IMG/VR virus record: IMGVR_UViG_3300042970_000025
Length of the DNA stretch: 64,000 bases
Strand: one strand, 5' to 3'
Source of the DNA: a virus
Taxonomy: Duplodnaviria > Caudoviricetes
In this document: positions 39,068-49,475 of the stretch, in pieces
Position numbering within the stretch: the stretch's first letter is position 1
How the letters are laid out: each line of letters begins with the position of its first letter
The notes under the pieces: model-generated
Databases searched by the model: none
Seen by the model: only the letters and a program-made list of their open reading frames with translations
Told to the model about the DNA's origin: nothing
Translations under genes and position numbers: made by a program

Positions 39068-40852
39068 TTAACAGATCCCTTTCCGGTAGGTAACTTCCGC
39101 TTTCGTTCCTCCGCCTTCGTGGGTTAAGGTGATCGTTTCAATCGTGCAGAGCTCCTCGCTTCCATCAAGCCGGTGAAAAGAAAACACGTCTCTAGGCTGC
39201 ATGCGTGGGTCTCCCTTAAAGGTAAAAGAACCCGTGATGTTTGACCGGTTAAATAGATAGGCGTAGTTTGGGTAGAGCAGGGTGGTTCCACCGTAGATTT
39301 TCCCGTGAGAAATGGGATCAACCGTGATTGTTGTTCCTGGCCTTTTTCCAGAAGGAAGAATGGAGGAGTTCTCCATGGTTACCGTGACGGATTTTCCTTT
39401 GACGACGCACTGGTTCAGCTTTTTCGTCACCGTCTTATAGATCGGCGTTCCTTTCTTCTTTCCCGTTTTATATTTCTTCCCGGATTTAACTTTCACCTTC
39501 TTAGAAACCGTCGTTTTCTTTGCGGTCCAGACGATCTTGCTTGCAGTAGCTAAGACGGACTTTGCGTTAGAAACCGTTAAATACCACCAATAACCTTCAG
39601 GCGAATGGGAATACCCTTTTCCAGCTTCTACGGATTTTGTCTCCAGAGTCTCTAGTTTATTAGACCTCACGGCTTTGCTGTGAAGGCCGTAGTCTGCGTC
39701 TGTTATGATTTTGGAGATATTCCGCTCGACGCTCCGGACGACATCTCCACAGTCTTTTTCGTAGATGTCCCATTTTTTGATGGGCTTGCTCCAGGTGACT
39801 CTTGGAATCCCTGCATCTACAAAGGCTGGCCAGAAAGTCCCGTTATGCGATAAGTTCATGATGTCAGCTACGATCTCACGGGAGGACTGCTCGTCAAAGA
39901 TCAAGGTGTAAGGAGATGAATTGCTGTTCGTATCCGGAGCAGTTTCTCTTGACACGAGCTTTACCCCGGAGTCCGTGATGAACTTTAAGAAGCGGTTGTA
40001 AAGGACTTTTCTTCCGTTTCCGCCGGTAGAGTTTACGACCTGGGAGATGTTGTTCTTATCTTCTAGTTTTGCGCTCATGTCTTCACCTTTGATGGTGATG
40101 ACGTTGTTTTCCATGGAAGCTTTTTCAGATAGGTAGAAAGAGCGGACCTTGGAGTAGTCACCTTCATATCCTGCGTAATACCAGACCGGAACATCGTCTC
40201 CTACATTGCTGATCGCTTCTGAAATGTCATCTGGCCAGTAGGCCTGAATCTCAATTTCAGACACCTGCCAGGAAGGACTGGTGATCGAAAGATCTGACCG
40301 GAGGGCCAGGGTGCAGGAGACCAGATTCTTATTATTAAACTCCAAGGTGATTCCTGGAGTAATTGAAGCAATTTCAATCCGGCTTTCTGGATCCGTGCTT
40401 TTCGCTGTCAGAGTGATCGCCTTTCCGTTTACCGGGATCACGACAATTCTTCTTGCTTCATAATCGGTTCCGTTTGCGCTGATCGTTCCGGGAGTGTCTG
40501 AAGTTACCGCAAGGGTGAGGGCAGCGATGTCTGTTTTCGAAGTCACAGTGATCGCTAAGGTTTCTCCAACAATAGACCTAAGCCCGAGCTTTCCATTTTC
40601 CAGGCTCCCTGAAAGAGCAGAGTCAAATAGGGAGCAGGTTCCATCCAAAGAGAAGCCTGCTCCAGACAGGTCCGTGAGATCTCTCATATCCCAGTGCTCA
40701 TTATCAAGAGCTTCTGATACATTCGCATCTGTCACAGCTCCTGAAATACCAGTGAAGGTGAGATCAACTTTCTCGTTTCTACCGGAAAATCCGCAGTGGA
40801 CTTCGAAAGGCGTCCGGATAGATTTTCTATTTTCCTCATCAATTGTGAGCAT
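39068..40852 (-). CDS. Tail tip/hub-like protein
   Basis: Position after the distal-tail-like gene; C-terminal FKGDPRMQPRDV. Confidence 0.6.
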   Translation of the reverse strand: MLTIDEENRKSIRTPFEVHCGFSGRNEKVDLTFTGISGAVTDANVSEALDNEHWDMRDLTDLSGAGFSLDGTCSLFDSALSGSLENGKLGLRSIVGETLAITVTSKTDIAALTLAVTSDTPGTISANGTDYEARRIVVIPVNGKAITLTAKSTDPESRIEIASITPGITLEFNNKNLVSCTLALRSDLSITSPSWQVSEIEIQAYWPDDISEAISNVGDDVPVWYYAGYEGDYSKVRSFYLSEKASMENNVITIKGEDMSAKLEDKNNISQVVNSTGGNGRKVLYNRFLKFITDSGVKLVSRETAPDTNSNSSPYTLIFDEQSSREIVADIMNLSHNGTFWPAFVDAGIPRVTWSKPIKKWDIYEKDCGDVVRSVERNISKIITDADYGLHSKAVRSNKLETLETKSVEAGKGYSHSPEGYWWYLTVSNAKSVLATASKIVWTAKKTTVSKKVKVKSGKKYKTGKKKGTPIYKTVTKKLNQCVVKGKSVTVTMENSSILPSGKRPGTTITVDPISHGKIYGGTTLLYPNYAYLFNRSNITGSFTFKGDPRMQPRDVFSFHRLDGSEELCTIETITLTHEGGGTKAEVTYRKGIC

Positions 40853-41210
40853 TTAAGAATCTCACCTCAACTTTCACATCGGACCAGACCGGATTTCCAT
40901 CTGAACTTGTCGCGCGGGAAGCTGTGCTGATGGCGGAGGTCCGCACGATGCTTTCCGTATGAGAAGTTCCGTCTGCACCCATAAAGGTGATAGTTGACTC
41001 TCCACTCATGGAAAGAAGAATTTCAAGCTGAGCCTGAGGTAGTGTGTCCCACTCTAAACTCATATCCGAATACCGCCATCCGATTCGGTCTGCAATGGTA
41101 TCTCCGGTGCAGGTCGTGATTTCTGCTACATAGATGTCTTCCCTCTGAGGAGAGAAATCGTTTGGCCTTAGGATCTCTTTTCCGTTGATCTGAATAGTTG
41201 AGTAAATCAT
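40839..41210 (-). CDS. Distal-tail-like protein
   Basis: Immediately follows the tape measure gene (TGATG overlap). Confidence 0.6.
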   Translation of the reverse strand: MIYSTIQINGKEILRPNDFSPQREDIYVAEITTCTGDTIADRIGWRYSDMSLEWDTLPQAQLEILLSMSGESTITFMGADGTSHTESIVRTSAISTASRATSSDGNPVWSDVKVEVRFLNAHN

Positions 41211-43654
41211 CAGCCGAGCCTCCTTTTATACGTGTCGTATGCATGGACGATTTCTTCTCCCATCTTTGGGCCGTTCTTAAAGAGGTAAACGTTCAAGATG
41301 AATATCACCTCCAAGGTTACCGCTCTGAGAGATTCGGCTAGCGGTAAGCACCGCATTTGCCATGTCGTTTCCGGCGCCTGCAACAGCGGATCTTATCATA
41401 CTCATCAGAGACTCTGTCCCGACCACAGTTTCTGATCCAGCTTCACCTCCTGCAAGAAGGCTGTCACCTGCTGCTCCAAAGATAGTCGGGGAGTTTAAGA
41501 TGATTCCGTTTTTCATGGCCTTTGCGTACCAGTCCACAGAGAATTTCGGAAGTGATCCTTTTCCTCCGATACCAAACGGGGCTTTCCCTCCTGAAACGTG
41601 GATATGAGGAAGCCTCAGGTTGCTGAAGATGTTTCCAATCCGAAGAGGAAAGAACCCTTTGATGGTGTTAATGATTCCCCGGATCCGGTCACGGGCCGCA
41701 TTAATAGGAGTCAGCATAGCAGACTTGATCCCATTCCAAACGCGAGACGTAATCGAGCGGATTGCAGTCCATGCTGAAGTCACACTTGAACGGATCGCTC
41801 TTACCGGTGACAGCACAGCGCTTTTAATCGCGCCCCAAAGGGTAACTGCAAGTTTTTTAATTCCTCCCCAGGTTTTAGAAGTTGCAGTCTTAATGCTGCT
41901 CCAGATAGCGATTACTCCGTTTCTAAACTTCGCGTTCGTTTTCCAAAGGTAAATGAAAGTCGCCGCAAGAGCAGACACAGCTGCAATGACAAGACCCACA
42001 GGGTTAGCCAGCATAACCGCATTCATCGCTGCCATACCAGTCCGGACTAGCTTAATGGCAGAGACGATTTTAGGAGCAAGTGTCATGACCGTTCCGACGC
42101 CAACCGCGATCTTTCCGATGACAATGAGAAGTGGCCCAACTGCTGCAGCGATGCCGATTAAAGTGAGAATCAGCCTCTGCGTTGCCGGGTTCATGTTCAT
42201 GATGGCGTTCATGATCGAGATGAGCTTCTGAAAGAAGCTGGTCAGAACTGGCGCTAATGTCTGGCCGATCGTGACGGTCAGCACATCAAAGGTGGATTTC
42301 AGCTGTTCAATGGTGCCTCCGGTTCCTGACATCAGGGCCTTTGACATCTTTCCAGCAGACCCTCCCGCGTCGTCTAGTGCGTTTCGCAGGGAGCTGACAT
42401 CTTTCGGAGAGGTCTGGAATCAGGGTCAGCCACTTGGACATCTGCTCTTTTCCAAAGATGTTTGACGCAGGCTTCCAGTTTTTCCTGGTCGGAAAGACCG
42501 GAAAAGGCTTTGTTCAGGTTCTTTAAGACATCCGGCATGGATTTGAGCGTTCCGTTGTCGTTAAAGATGGAGTAAGTTTGGCCGGTGGATAATTTCAGCT
42601 GGTCCATGGCGGCAGCTCCTGACTTGGCAGGGGAGGCTAGCCGGGCAAGACCAGTCTTTAAGGCGTTCGCACCTTCTGATCCAGAGATACCGGCATTTCC
42701 AAACACGTCCGTGATGGTCGCTAAGTCCTTTACATCCCATCCGACCGTCTTACAGATCGGGCCAGCGACAGAAATTGCTTGGAATAATTCCGAGGTGTTG
42801 GTGTTTGCTTGCGCCTGAGCCTTTGCCAAAATGTCTGAGTAAGAGGCGGCCTCGGAAGAGTTCGCACCAAACATCTTCATGGCATTTCCAAGGCCTGACG
42901 TCACTTCAGAAAGATCAGTACCGGTGCCTGCTGCAAGGTTCATGGCAGGCGTCAGCATGTCTGTTGCCTGTTTGGCGGTGAAGCCCTGGCGGGCAAAGTT
43001 CAACGTCGCGTCTGCAGCATCCTGCATTCCAAAGACAGAAGCCTTCGCGGACTCGCTGATCTGGTTCCACAGTCCCTTAAAATCTTCTGCAGAGTTTGCT
43101 GTACTTCCCATTGTCTGCTTGACCAGGTTAAACTGCTTGTCGACATTGCCGTAGGAGTTGACCGCAGCAGTCGCACCGGCGACGACAGGCGCGGTGAAGC
43201 CAACCGTCATCTTTTCTCCTGCGTCAGACATCTTTTCTCCGACGCCTTTTACTTTTTCTCCTGCAGCAGCAATTCTCTGTGAAGAGACTGACCCGAAGCT
43301 CTTGGACTCTTTTTCCAGGCTCTTAAGTTTAGACTCTGTCTCGGCAATCTCACGCTGGAGGGCGTCATACTTGTCCTTGCCGAGACTTCCATTTTCCATC
43401 TGCTGTTTGGCCTGGACCTGGGCATTCTTTAATCCTTCGAGCTTCTCTTTCGTCGCATCGATGGATGATTTCAGCAATTTCTGCTTCTGGGTAAGGAGGG
43501 TGGTGTTCTTTGGATCAAGTTTAAGAAGCTTGTTGACATCTTTGAGGGAAGACTGGGTGGTGCGAATCGTGCTATTCACAGATTTCAGAGCTTTCTCAAG
43601 ACCTGTGGTGTTACCGCCGATTTCAACCGTGATTCCTTTGATTCTGCTTGCCAT
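41210..43654 (-). pseudogene. Tape measure protein, interrupted by three +1 frameshifts (~42470, ~42416, ~41295)
   Basis: MASRIKGITVEIGG start, TP901-type core, W-spaced repeats; removing 3 nt gives one 813-aa ORF ending at 41210. Confidence 0.85.
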
Positions 43655-43665
43655 GTCTTCACCTC

Positions 43666-44201
43666 CTAAAACCTGTCAAAATCTTCCTGCGTCGCAAGCC
43701 TTCTATACTTCACTCCGTCATTTGCCTTTTCTGTCCAGATATCAAGGACCAGGCCGATGGAAAGAAGATCAAGATCGCGGATGGAAATTCCAATTTCTAT
43801 GCAGCGCAGAAGAAAAAGCGGGGTGGTCATTTCCCGCTCACTTCTGCGCGTCCTTTTTTTGCCTGGATGTCTGTTACAAGGTTGCTTCCCCAAAGCTCTA
43901 AGATCTCAGGAAGGACCTGATAGATCGAAAACATCTCAAACTGGTCCAGCCATTCGTCGATGGTCCTTGGAATCGTTGGATCCGCGTGGTAGGCCATGAT
44001 ATAAGCGACGTTTTCAAAAATCTCAAGGTCATCAATCTCAAGCTCTTCGGAGTCTGTCGTTTTGGCTCGGTAAGACTTTTCGAGCTTGGAAAGGTCTTTA
44101 AAGATATCCCGCTTAAACTTCAGCCGGTAGATTCTTGGAATCGCGGCAGAAGAGCGGAAGGTGACTGGCTTTCCGCTGATTTCGATTGTCTTTTCAATCA
44201 T
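43666..44201 (-). CDS. Tail assembly chaperone pair (43827-44201 plus -1 frame extension to 43666)
   Basis: A7-G slippery run at 43853-43860; overlapping -1 ORF; lies between major tail and tape measure genes. Confidence 0.75.
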
Positions 44202-44213
44202 AAGCTTTCTCCT

Positions 44214-44825
44214 TTACTGCCCGGAAGAAGATGTAGAAGACGAGGAAGACGCAGCTTTCTCTGTCGGAACGTAGACTGCTTTGTACCAGCCATCGTAAAC
44301 CGTTGCATCCGTGGTGTCTCCAGATCTAGCTTTCACCAGGCCGTCTGATCTTGGGTCTGCTGTGATGGAGAGTTTCTCTGTTCCAGGCTCGATGGTGTCT
44401 TCCTTTGTTTCTGACTCAAGGGATGGACGAGATGCCGTGCAGTAGTAAAGAACGTGGCGAATGGAGTTGACGTCTCCATCAAACTCAAAGAGAAGGGCAA
44501 ACTTCACGGTGTCGGTCAGGCCGCTCTTTTCCACCAGCACGCCTTTGCTGTCCAGCTCTTCCTGCAGGATCTCTGTTCGAAACCACTCCGGGATTAAAGC
44601 AAGCTCAAGGTCACCGGAGTAGCCGTTGTTTGTGATGGATCTAAAGTAGACGATGCCGTCTGCGTAGAAGGCTTTGGTTTCGCCTTCTGCGTCCAGGCTG
44701 ATGGAGACAGCTCCTGGGATTGCTTTAGGGGCAGCGTACGTGAAGGTGGTCACTCCGTCCGTTGTGCTTTCCGTCAGCTTTGCCGCGTAGACATTTTTCA
44801 GGTTGTATTTGACTTTATTTCCCAT
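44214..44825 (-). CDS. Major tail protein (phi13 family)
   Basis: KVKYNLKNV, FYADGIVY, NNGYSGDLELA, FALLFEFDGD. Confidence 0.9.
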   Translation of the reverse strand: MGNKVKYNLKNVYAAKLTESTTDGVTTFTYAAPKAIPGAVSISLDAEGETKAFYADGIVYFRSITNNGYSGDLELALIPEWFRTEILQEELDSKGVLVEKSGLTDTVKFALLFEFDGDVNSIRHVLYYCTASRPSLESETKEDTIEPGTEKLSITADPRSDGLVKARSGDTTDATVYDGWYKAVYVPTEKAASSSSSTSSSGQ

Positions 44826-44828
44826 AGC

Positions 44829-45146
44829 TTAAACCTCCAATTCATAAAGGACTTCATAGAGCTTTTCGGATTCGATATAGACTTCGGTCTTGTTATAAAA
44901 CAGGCCGCGGCTTGTCAGCACGCGCTCAATATTTTCCTCTTGGTCTGGGTTCTTTTTGTCCGTGTATAGCTCGATGTGAAGCACGTGGATTTTCTGATAG
45001 GCGATGCCGTCTGCCGCGAAGTTGTCGCTCTCAGGAAGAAAAAAGCAGAGAAATGGCGGGGCAGGGGAGCAGCCTTCTTCAAAATGATCATAGGCAAGGG
45101 AAAGTTCCGTTTCTTCCAGCATCTCTACAATCTCGTCATAGGTCAT
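44829..45146 (-). CDS. Tail completion/terminator protein
   Basis: Position; DNFAADG..IELYTDKK. Confidence 0.7.
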   Translation of the reverse strand: MTYDEIVEMLEETELSLAYDHFEEGCSPAPPFLCFFLPESDNFAADGIAYQKIHVLHIELYTDKKNPDQEENIERVLTSRGLFYNKTEVYIESEKLYEVLYELEV

Positions 45147-45147
45147 G

Positions 45148-45531
45148 TCATCCTCCTTTTAGTTTCTGTTTGATTAGCTTTTCAAGCTCTTCGTTTCCGC
45201 GCTGCTCAGCAGGTGCGATGTGAGGCCTGGCCGCGACTCTTCCTCCATTTCGCTTCGCGTGGCCGTGCTCTAAGAGGTGAGCGATCTGGTAGCGGTTCCT
45301 GGAGTGGACGACCAGGTTGATGCTGTTTGCTGATTCACTGACTCGTTTCACCGACCAGGATTTCTTGTATTTTCCGGTCCTTATCGGAGCAGAATCCCGG
45401 ATGTCGGTCCTTACGTCCTTAGCGGTTTTCTTTACCGCATCCTTCAGTTCATCCGAAGCAAGAGAAGCGTATTCGTCTAGCTCTTTCATGATGGCGTTTT
45501 CCAGCTGGTCAACTGAGACTTTCTTACTCAT
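45148..45531 (-). CDS. HK97 gp10-family protein
   Basis: APIRTGKY..HLLEHGH..ARPHIAPA. Confidence 0.85.
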   Translation of the reverse strand: MSKKVSVDQLENAIMKELDEYASLASDELKDAVKKTAKDVRTDIRDSAPIRTGKYKKSWSVKRVSESANSINLVVHSRNRYQIAHLLEHGHAKRNGGRVAARPHIAPAEQRGNEELEKLIKQKLKGG

Positions 45532-45859
45532 AGCTTTTCTCCAGACTGCAGTTAAACTTAATCGAGTTTCGTTTATATCCCATTGGGTTTACATAGGTAA
45601 TGTTGTAGGTTTTTCCTTCAGCCAAAATGCGGAAGTGGGTGGAGTCGACTTTTGACAGCTCCGTGCACCAGCGGCAGGTAAAATCTAACGTTTCTTCAGG
45701 CCGGATGACTTCCATATCGGTTTCTGATCCAGTGGACGACCCGACCGTCGCGTAACAGGCAAAATAATCCGTCCAAGAGGAGCTTTGATTCTTGTACTTA
45801 TCCGTTACGATCTCATTCTTTTGAAACAGAATGGGGACTCTGAGTGATGCGATGTTCAT
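45524..45859 (-). CDS. Head closure / head-tail adaptor
   Basis: Position; FTCRW..FRILAEGKTYNI. Confidence 0.8.
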   Translation of the reverse strand: MNIASLRVPILFQKNEIVTDKYKNQSSSWTDYFACYATVGSSTGSETDMEVIRPEETLDFTCRWCTELSKVDSTHFRILAEGKTYNITYVNPMGYKRNSIKFNCSLEKSYE

Positions 45860-46146
45860 TAAAACTGCTCCTTTCTTACGCCAAAGAGAAGAGCGCGAAG
45901 GGTTTGATTCAGCTCGTTATGGTCGGCTTCTTCCCGGTGCTCGTAGAGGTAGGCGATGCAGTAAAGGATGGCAACGCGCATTCGGATCAGAATCTTTTCT
46001 TCGTTTGTTTCCCACTCTTCGTCCGTGAATCTTGCGATGTCCTGGACCTGCTTGGTAGCGGAAGAAATGAGGGCTTTTATCAGGTCATCTTCATCGCTAG
46101 AGCTTACGCGAAGATAAGTTTTCGCTTCTTCCAGGGTAATTTCCAT
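45859..46146 (-). CDS. Head-tail connector (gp6-like)
   Basis: ITLEEAKTYLRV..EDDLI..YLYEHRE. Confidence 0.85.
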   Translation of the reverse strand: MEITLEEAKTYLRVSSSDEDDLIKALISSATKQVQDIARFTDEEWETNEEKILIRMRVAILYCIAYLYEHREEADHNELNQTLRALLFGVRKEQF

Positions 46147-46203
46147 AGAATGCCTCCAAACAAAATCTGCTGCCCAAGGAAAATCCTCAGGCAGCAGTAA
46201 GCG

Positions 46204-47409
46204 TTAACCTGCGGCCTTTACAGAAAGACCTCTGATGGCTTCTGGAAGGATCAGCTTTCCGTCTACACGTTCAGATGCGAGGAAGCCAATCTGGCCGTTT
46301 GCTGCGTAAAGCTCAGACAGTCTCTTAAAGGATCTTCCCTGACGGTCTGCAATCCAGTAGTAGGAGAAGTCTCCAAAGAGGATCGGCACCTTGCCCGCCG
46401 CAAGCTCCGGTGCGTAGATGGAAGTTCTATACGGGCGGTTTAAGATGGTGTCCGGCTGACCGGCAACTACGGAGGGCTGCCAGATATAGTTGTTGTTTCC
46501 ATCCTTGATCTTGCGAAGGGCCTTGACGGTGGAGTCGTTTAAAATCCAGACCGCGCTGTTTCGATAGACGCTCCGAAGAGAGTGGAAGACGTCCATCATG
46601 GCATCAAAATTGATGCTTGTATTGCTGATTTCAGTCAGGGCTTCCTTATTTGATGCGACTTTGGTAAAGACGCCTTCCGGCTTCTTGCTTCCGTCTCCAA
46701 CAAGGAAGGCTTCTTCTTCAGCGGCACCAATACGGCGGGCAAACTCTGTTGAGATGTAACCTTCCAGATCAAAAACCGAGTCGTTCATCAGTTCTTCGGA
46801 TACCTTGATCGCCGTTCCCAGCTTGTAGGCAGAAAGCGTGATCTGATCGAAAGTGTCGTCAGACTCCGGGTAAAGCCCGTTTTCATCCATCCAGGACGCG
46901 GTGCCGTGAGAGGCGACGATCGGAATGGTGTGGGTGCCGGTCTGGGTCTGAATCACATGGGCAAGGGAACGGAAGAAGTTCTCATCGGTCAGGGCCTGAA
47001 GAAGCTGCCTCTCATATTCATCCGGGACCAGGTATCCTCCGTTAGCATCTGTTCCAACTTCCAAAACGTTATTGACATCAAACCAGTTGCGTCTTCTGAT
47101 GGAGTCCCAGAAAGCGGTTTTGTAAGCTTTAGAGCTAATTCCTTTCTTCTCTTCTGGCTCTTCTTTTACGCCGGGTTTAGAGGTAAGCGGGGAAGAGGTC
47201 GGCTGATTTAACATCTGATCAATCTGTTCCTGCCTCTGCAGGCGCTCAATGTCTTTTGTCAAATCCGTAACTTCTTTTTCCATTTTCTCGTAAGTAGCGG
47301 CGTCTTCCTCGGACACGTTTCCACCGTTATCGGAATGGGTATCGAGGAACTCTTTTGCCGCGTTCCAGGCCTTGGCTCTTTTCTCCATGAGATCTAAAAT
47401 CTTAGTCAT
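46204..47409 (-). CDS. Major capsid protein, HK97 fold
   Basis: Coiled-coil delta domain, GGYLVPDE, FGDFSYY, ERVDG. Confidence 0.95.
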   Translation of the reverse strand: MTKILDLMEKRAKAWNAAKEFLDTHSDNGGNVSEEDAATYEKMEKEVTDLTKDIERLQRQEQIDQMLNQPTSSPLTSKPGVKEEPEEKKGISSKAYKTAFWDSIRRRNWFDVNNVLEVGTDANGGYLVPDEYERQLLQALTDENFFRSLAHVIQTQTGTHTIPIVASHGTASWMDENGLYPESDDTFDQITLSAYKLGTAIKVSEELMNDSVFDLEGYISTEFARRIGAAEEEAFLVGDGSKKPEGVFTKVASNKEALTEISNTSINFDAMMDVFHSLRSVYRNSAVWILNDSTVKALRKIKDGNNNYIWQPSVVAGQPDTILNRPYRTSIYAPELAAGKVPILFGDFSYYWIADRQGRSFKRLSELYAANGQIGFLASERVDGKLILPEAIRGLSVKAAG

Positions 47410-47422
47410 TGTAGTTTCCTCC

Positions 47423-48133
47423 TTAATGTGAGAGAAGCGCCAGGCGCTTCTTTAGTGAATCAACAGGTATCGATGGTGATGCTGGTTTCTTTGGGGTCAA
47501 TTTCAGAAGAAGGGAGTCTGTGACGGCTTTTCTTGAAAACAGCATCTCCGGATCCTCTTCTATTTCCGTTTCTCCCTCAGAAAAGAGAATTTCATCGGCA
47601 AAGCCGAGCTTCTTTGCTTCTTTTGCGTTCATCCAGGTTTCGGCGTCCATGAGCTGAGAAATTTTCCGTCTCGAAAGGCTCGTCTTAATCTCATAGGCGT
47701 TTACGATGGATTCTTTGACTTCAGAAAGCATGTCGATCGCTTTCTTCATTTCATCCGAATCTCCAATTGCGACGGTCATCGGGTTATGGATCATCAGCAT
47801 GGCAACAGGGCTCATATACACCTTGGTTCCTGCCATTGCGATGACCGAGGCCGCAGAAGCGGCTAAAGCATCGATCTTAACCGTAACATCATATGGGTAA
47901 TCCATCAGCATGTTGTAAATTGAGGCGGCGGCAAAGACGTCTCCTCCAGGGGAGTTGATCCAAAGCGTGATGTTTCCTTCGCCGTCATCCAGTTCCTCTT
48001 TAAACAGCTTCGGCGTGACTTCATCTCCAAACCAGGTTTCATCGGAAATTTCTCCGTTTAGGTAGAGGGTTCTTTCGCTTCCAAAGGAATCTGGGGTTTC
48101 GTTTCTTATCCAGTTCCAGAACTTTCTTGTCAT
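47423..48133 (-). CDS. ClpP-like prohead protease
   Basis: INSPGGDV, AASAASVIAM, MIHNP, ETWM. Confidence 0.92.
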   Translation of the reverse strand: MTRKFWNWIRNETPDSFGSERTLYLNGEISDETWFGDEVTPKLFKEELDDGEGNITLWINSPGGDVFAAASIYNMLMDYPYDVTVKIDALAASAASVIAMAGTKVYMSPVAMLMIHNPMTVAIGDSDEMKKAIDMLSEVKESIVNAYEIKTSLSRRKISQLMDAETWMNAKEAKKLGFADEILFSEGETEIEEDPEMLFSRKAVTDSLLLKLTPKKPASPSIPVDSLKKRLALLSH

Positions 48134-49464
48134 AAGGCATTTCTCCTTTCATGGATCCTTGCATCTGTCTCTTTCGGCTTCTCATTTGTTTCTTGCTTCT
48201 TTTCACTCTCTTGCTCCTCTGTATTTTGACTCTGCGCAGATGCTGCGAAAATGCCAGCATCCTTGAGCTTGGTCATGTTGCCGTTGATCAGGTAAAGATC
48301 GCCACCTTCTTCTTCCGGGATCCGGTCTAAGTTTTCGAGCTCCCGGATATCGTTTGCGCTCATCCAGCCATTCTGCCTTCCAACGGCGTAGCCGTTCATA
48401 CGGCTCTGATAGTCTCCCCGAAGAAGCCCGTCCACGTTGAATTTAAAGAAGTAGTCCTTCTTTTCTTCCGGGCGGAGGAGAGCACGCTGCATAGACTGCT
48501 CCCACCGGCAGACCCAGGGGTCGAGTGTGTATTTTACAAACTCAAGAGACTGCTGCTCAATGTTGCTGAAGCTGGATTTCTCTAAGTCTCCAATCATATG
48601 AGGAGGAATGCGAAAGATCCTAGCAATTTCATCGATCTGAAACTTTCTTGTTTCAAGAAACTGCGCCTGCTCAGGAGAAATGGAGATCGGCGTGTATTTC
48701 ATGCCTTCCTCAAGGACGGCCACCTTGTTCGAGTTGGAAGATCCTCCAAAGGCTGAATTCCAGCTCTGCCGAACGCGCTCTGGGTCTTTCACAACGCCTG
48801 GGTGCTCTAAAATTCCTCCTGGGGTCGCGCCGTTTGCAAAGAACTTGCTTCCATATTCTTCGGTCGCAATGGCTAGGCCGATTGCGTTCTTGGCCATTGC
48901 GATGGGAGAGTAGCCAACCAGACCGTCAAAGCCAAGTCCCGGGATGTGAAGAACATCACGTGGGGAAAGCCGAACGAGAGAACCTTTCATCGTGTGTGCT
49001 TCTTCCTGAGAAGTCTGGTACTCATAGTAAAGCTGGCCGGATTGATCCCGGTCGACGGTCATCTTGTTTGGCATCAGAGGATAAAGCGCGATGACTTCAC
49101 CCTTTCCATTTCGGATGATCTGCGCGTAGGCGTTACCCCAAAGGAGTAGGTGGGTCATTAGCGTCTCCCGAAAAACGAAAGACGTCATTTCGGGATTTGG
49201 CTCATCGTGCAGAACCTGATAAAGTGGGTGGTCGACCGCTTTCTCTTTGGAGCCTTCCTCAGTGTATCGGTAAAGGTGAAGGGGGAGCCCAGCCACAGCC
49301 TCCGAAAGGATCCTGACGCAGGAGTAAACTGCTGTCATCTGCATAGCAGAACGTTCCGTCACTGCTTTTCCTGAGGTCGTCCCTCCAAAGAAGAAGCGGT
49401 ACATGCTTCCTGAGGTGGAGTTTTTCAGCTTGTCCCGGCTTTTGAATTTTGAAAAGATACTCAT
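48130..49464 (-). CDS. Portal protein (HK97 family)
   Basis: AVYSCVRILSE, LLWGNAY, IARIFRIPP, SNIEQQ. Confidence 0.95.
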   Translation of the reverse strand: MSIFSKFKSRDKLKNSTSGSMYRFFFGGTTSGKAVTERSAMQMTAVYSCVRILSEAVAGLPLHLYRYTEEGSKEKAVDHPLYQVLHDEPNPEMTSFVFRETLMTHLLLWGNAYAQIIRNGKGEVIALYPLMPNKMTVDRDQSGQLYYEYQTSQEEAHTMKGSLVRLSPRDVLHIPGLGFDGLVGYSPIAMAKNAIGLAIATEEYGSKFFANGATPGGILEHPGVVKDPERVRQSWNSAFGGSSNSNKVAVLEEGMKYTPISISPEQAQFLETRKFQIDEIARIFRIPPHMIGDLEKSSFSNIEQQSLEFVKYTLDPWVCRWEQSMQRALLRPEEKKDYFFKFNVDGLLRGDYQSRMNGYAVGRQNGWMSANDIRELENLDRIPEEEGGDLYLINGNMTKLKDAGIFAASAQSQNTEEQESEKKQETNEKPKETDARIHERRNAL

Positions 49465-49475
49465 TCCTACCTCCA

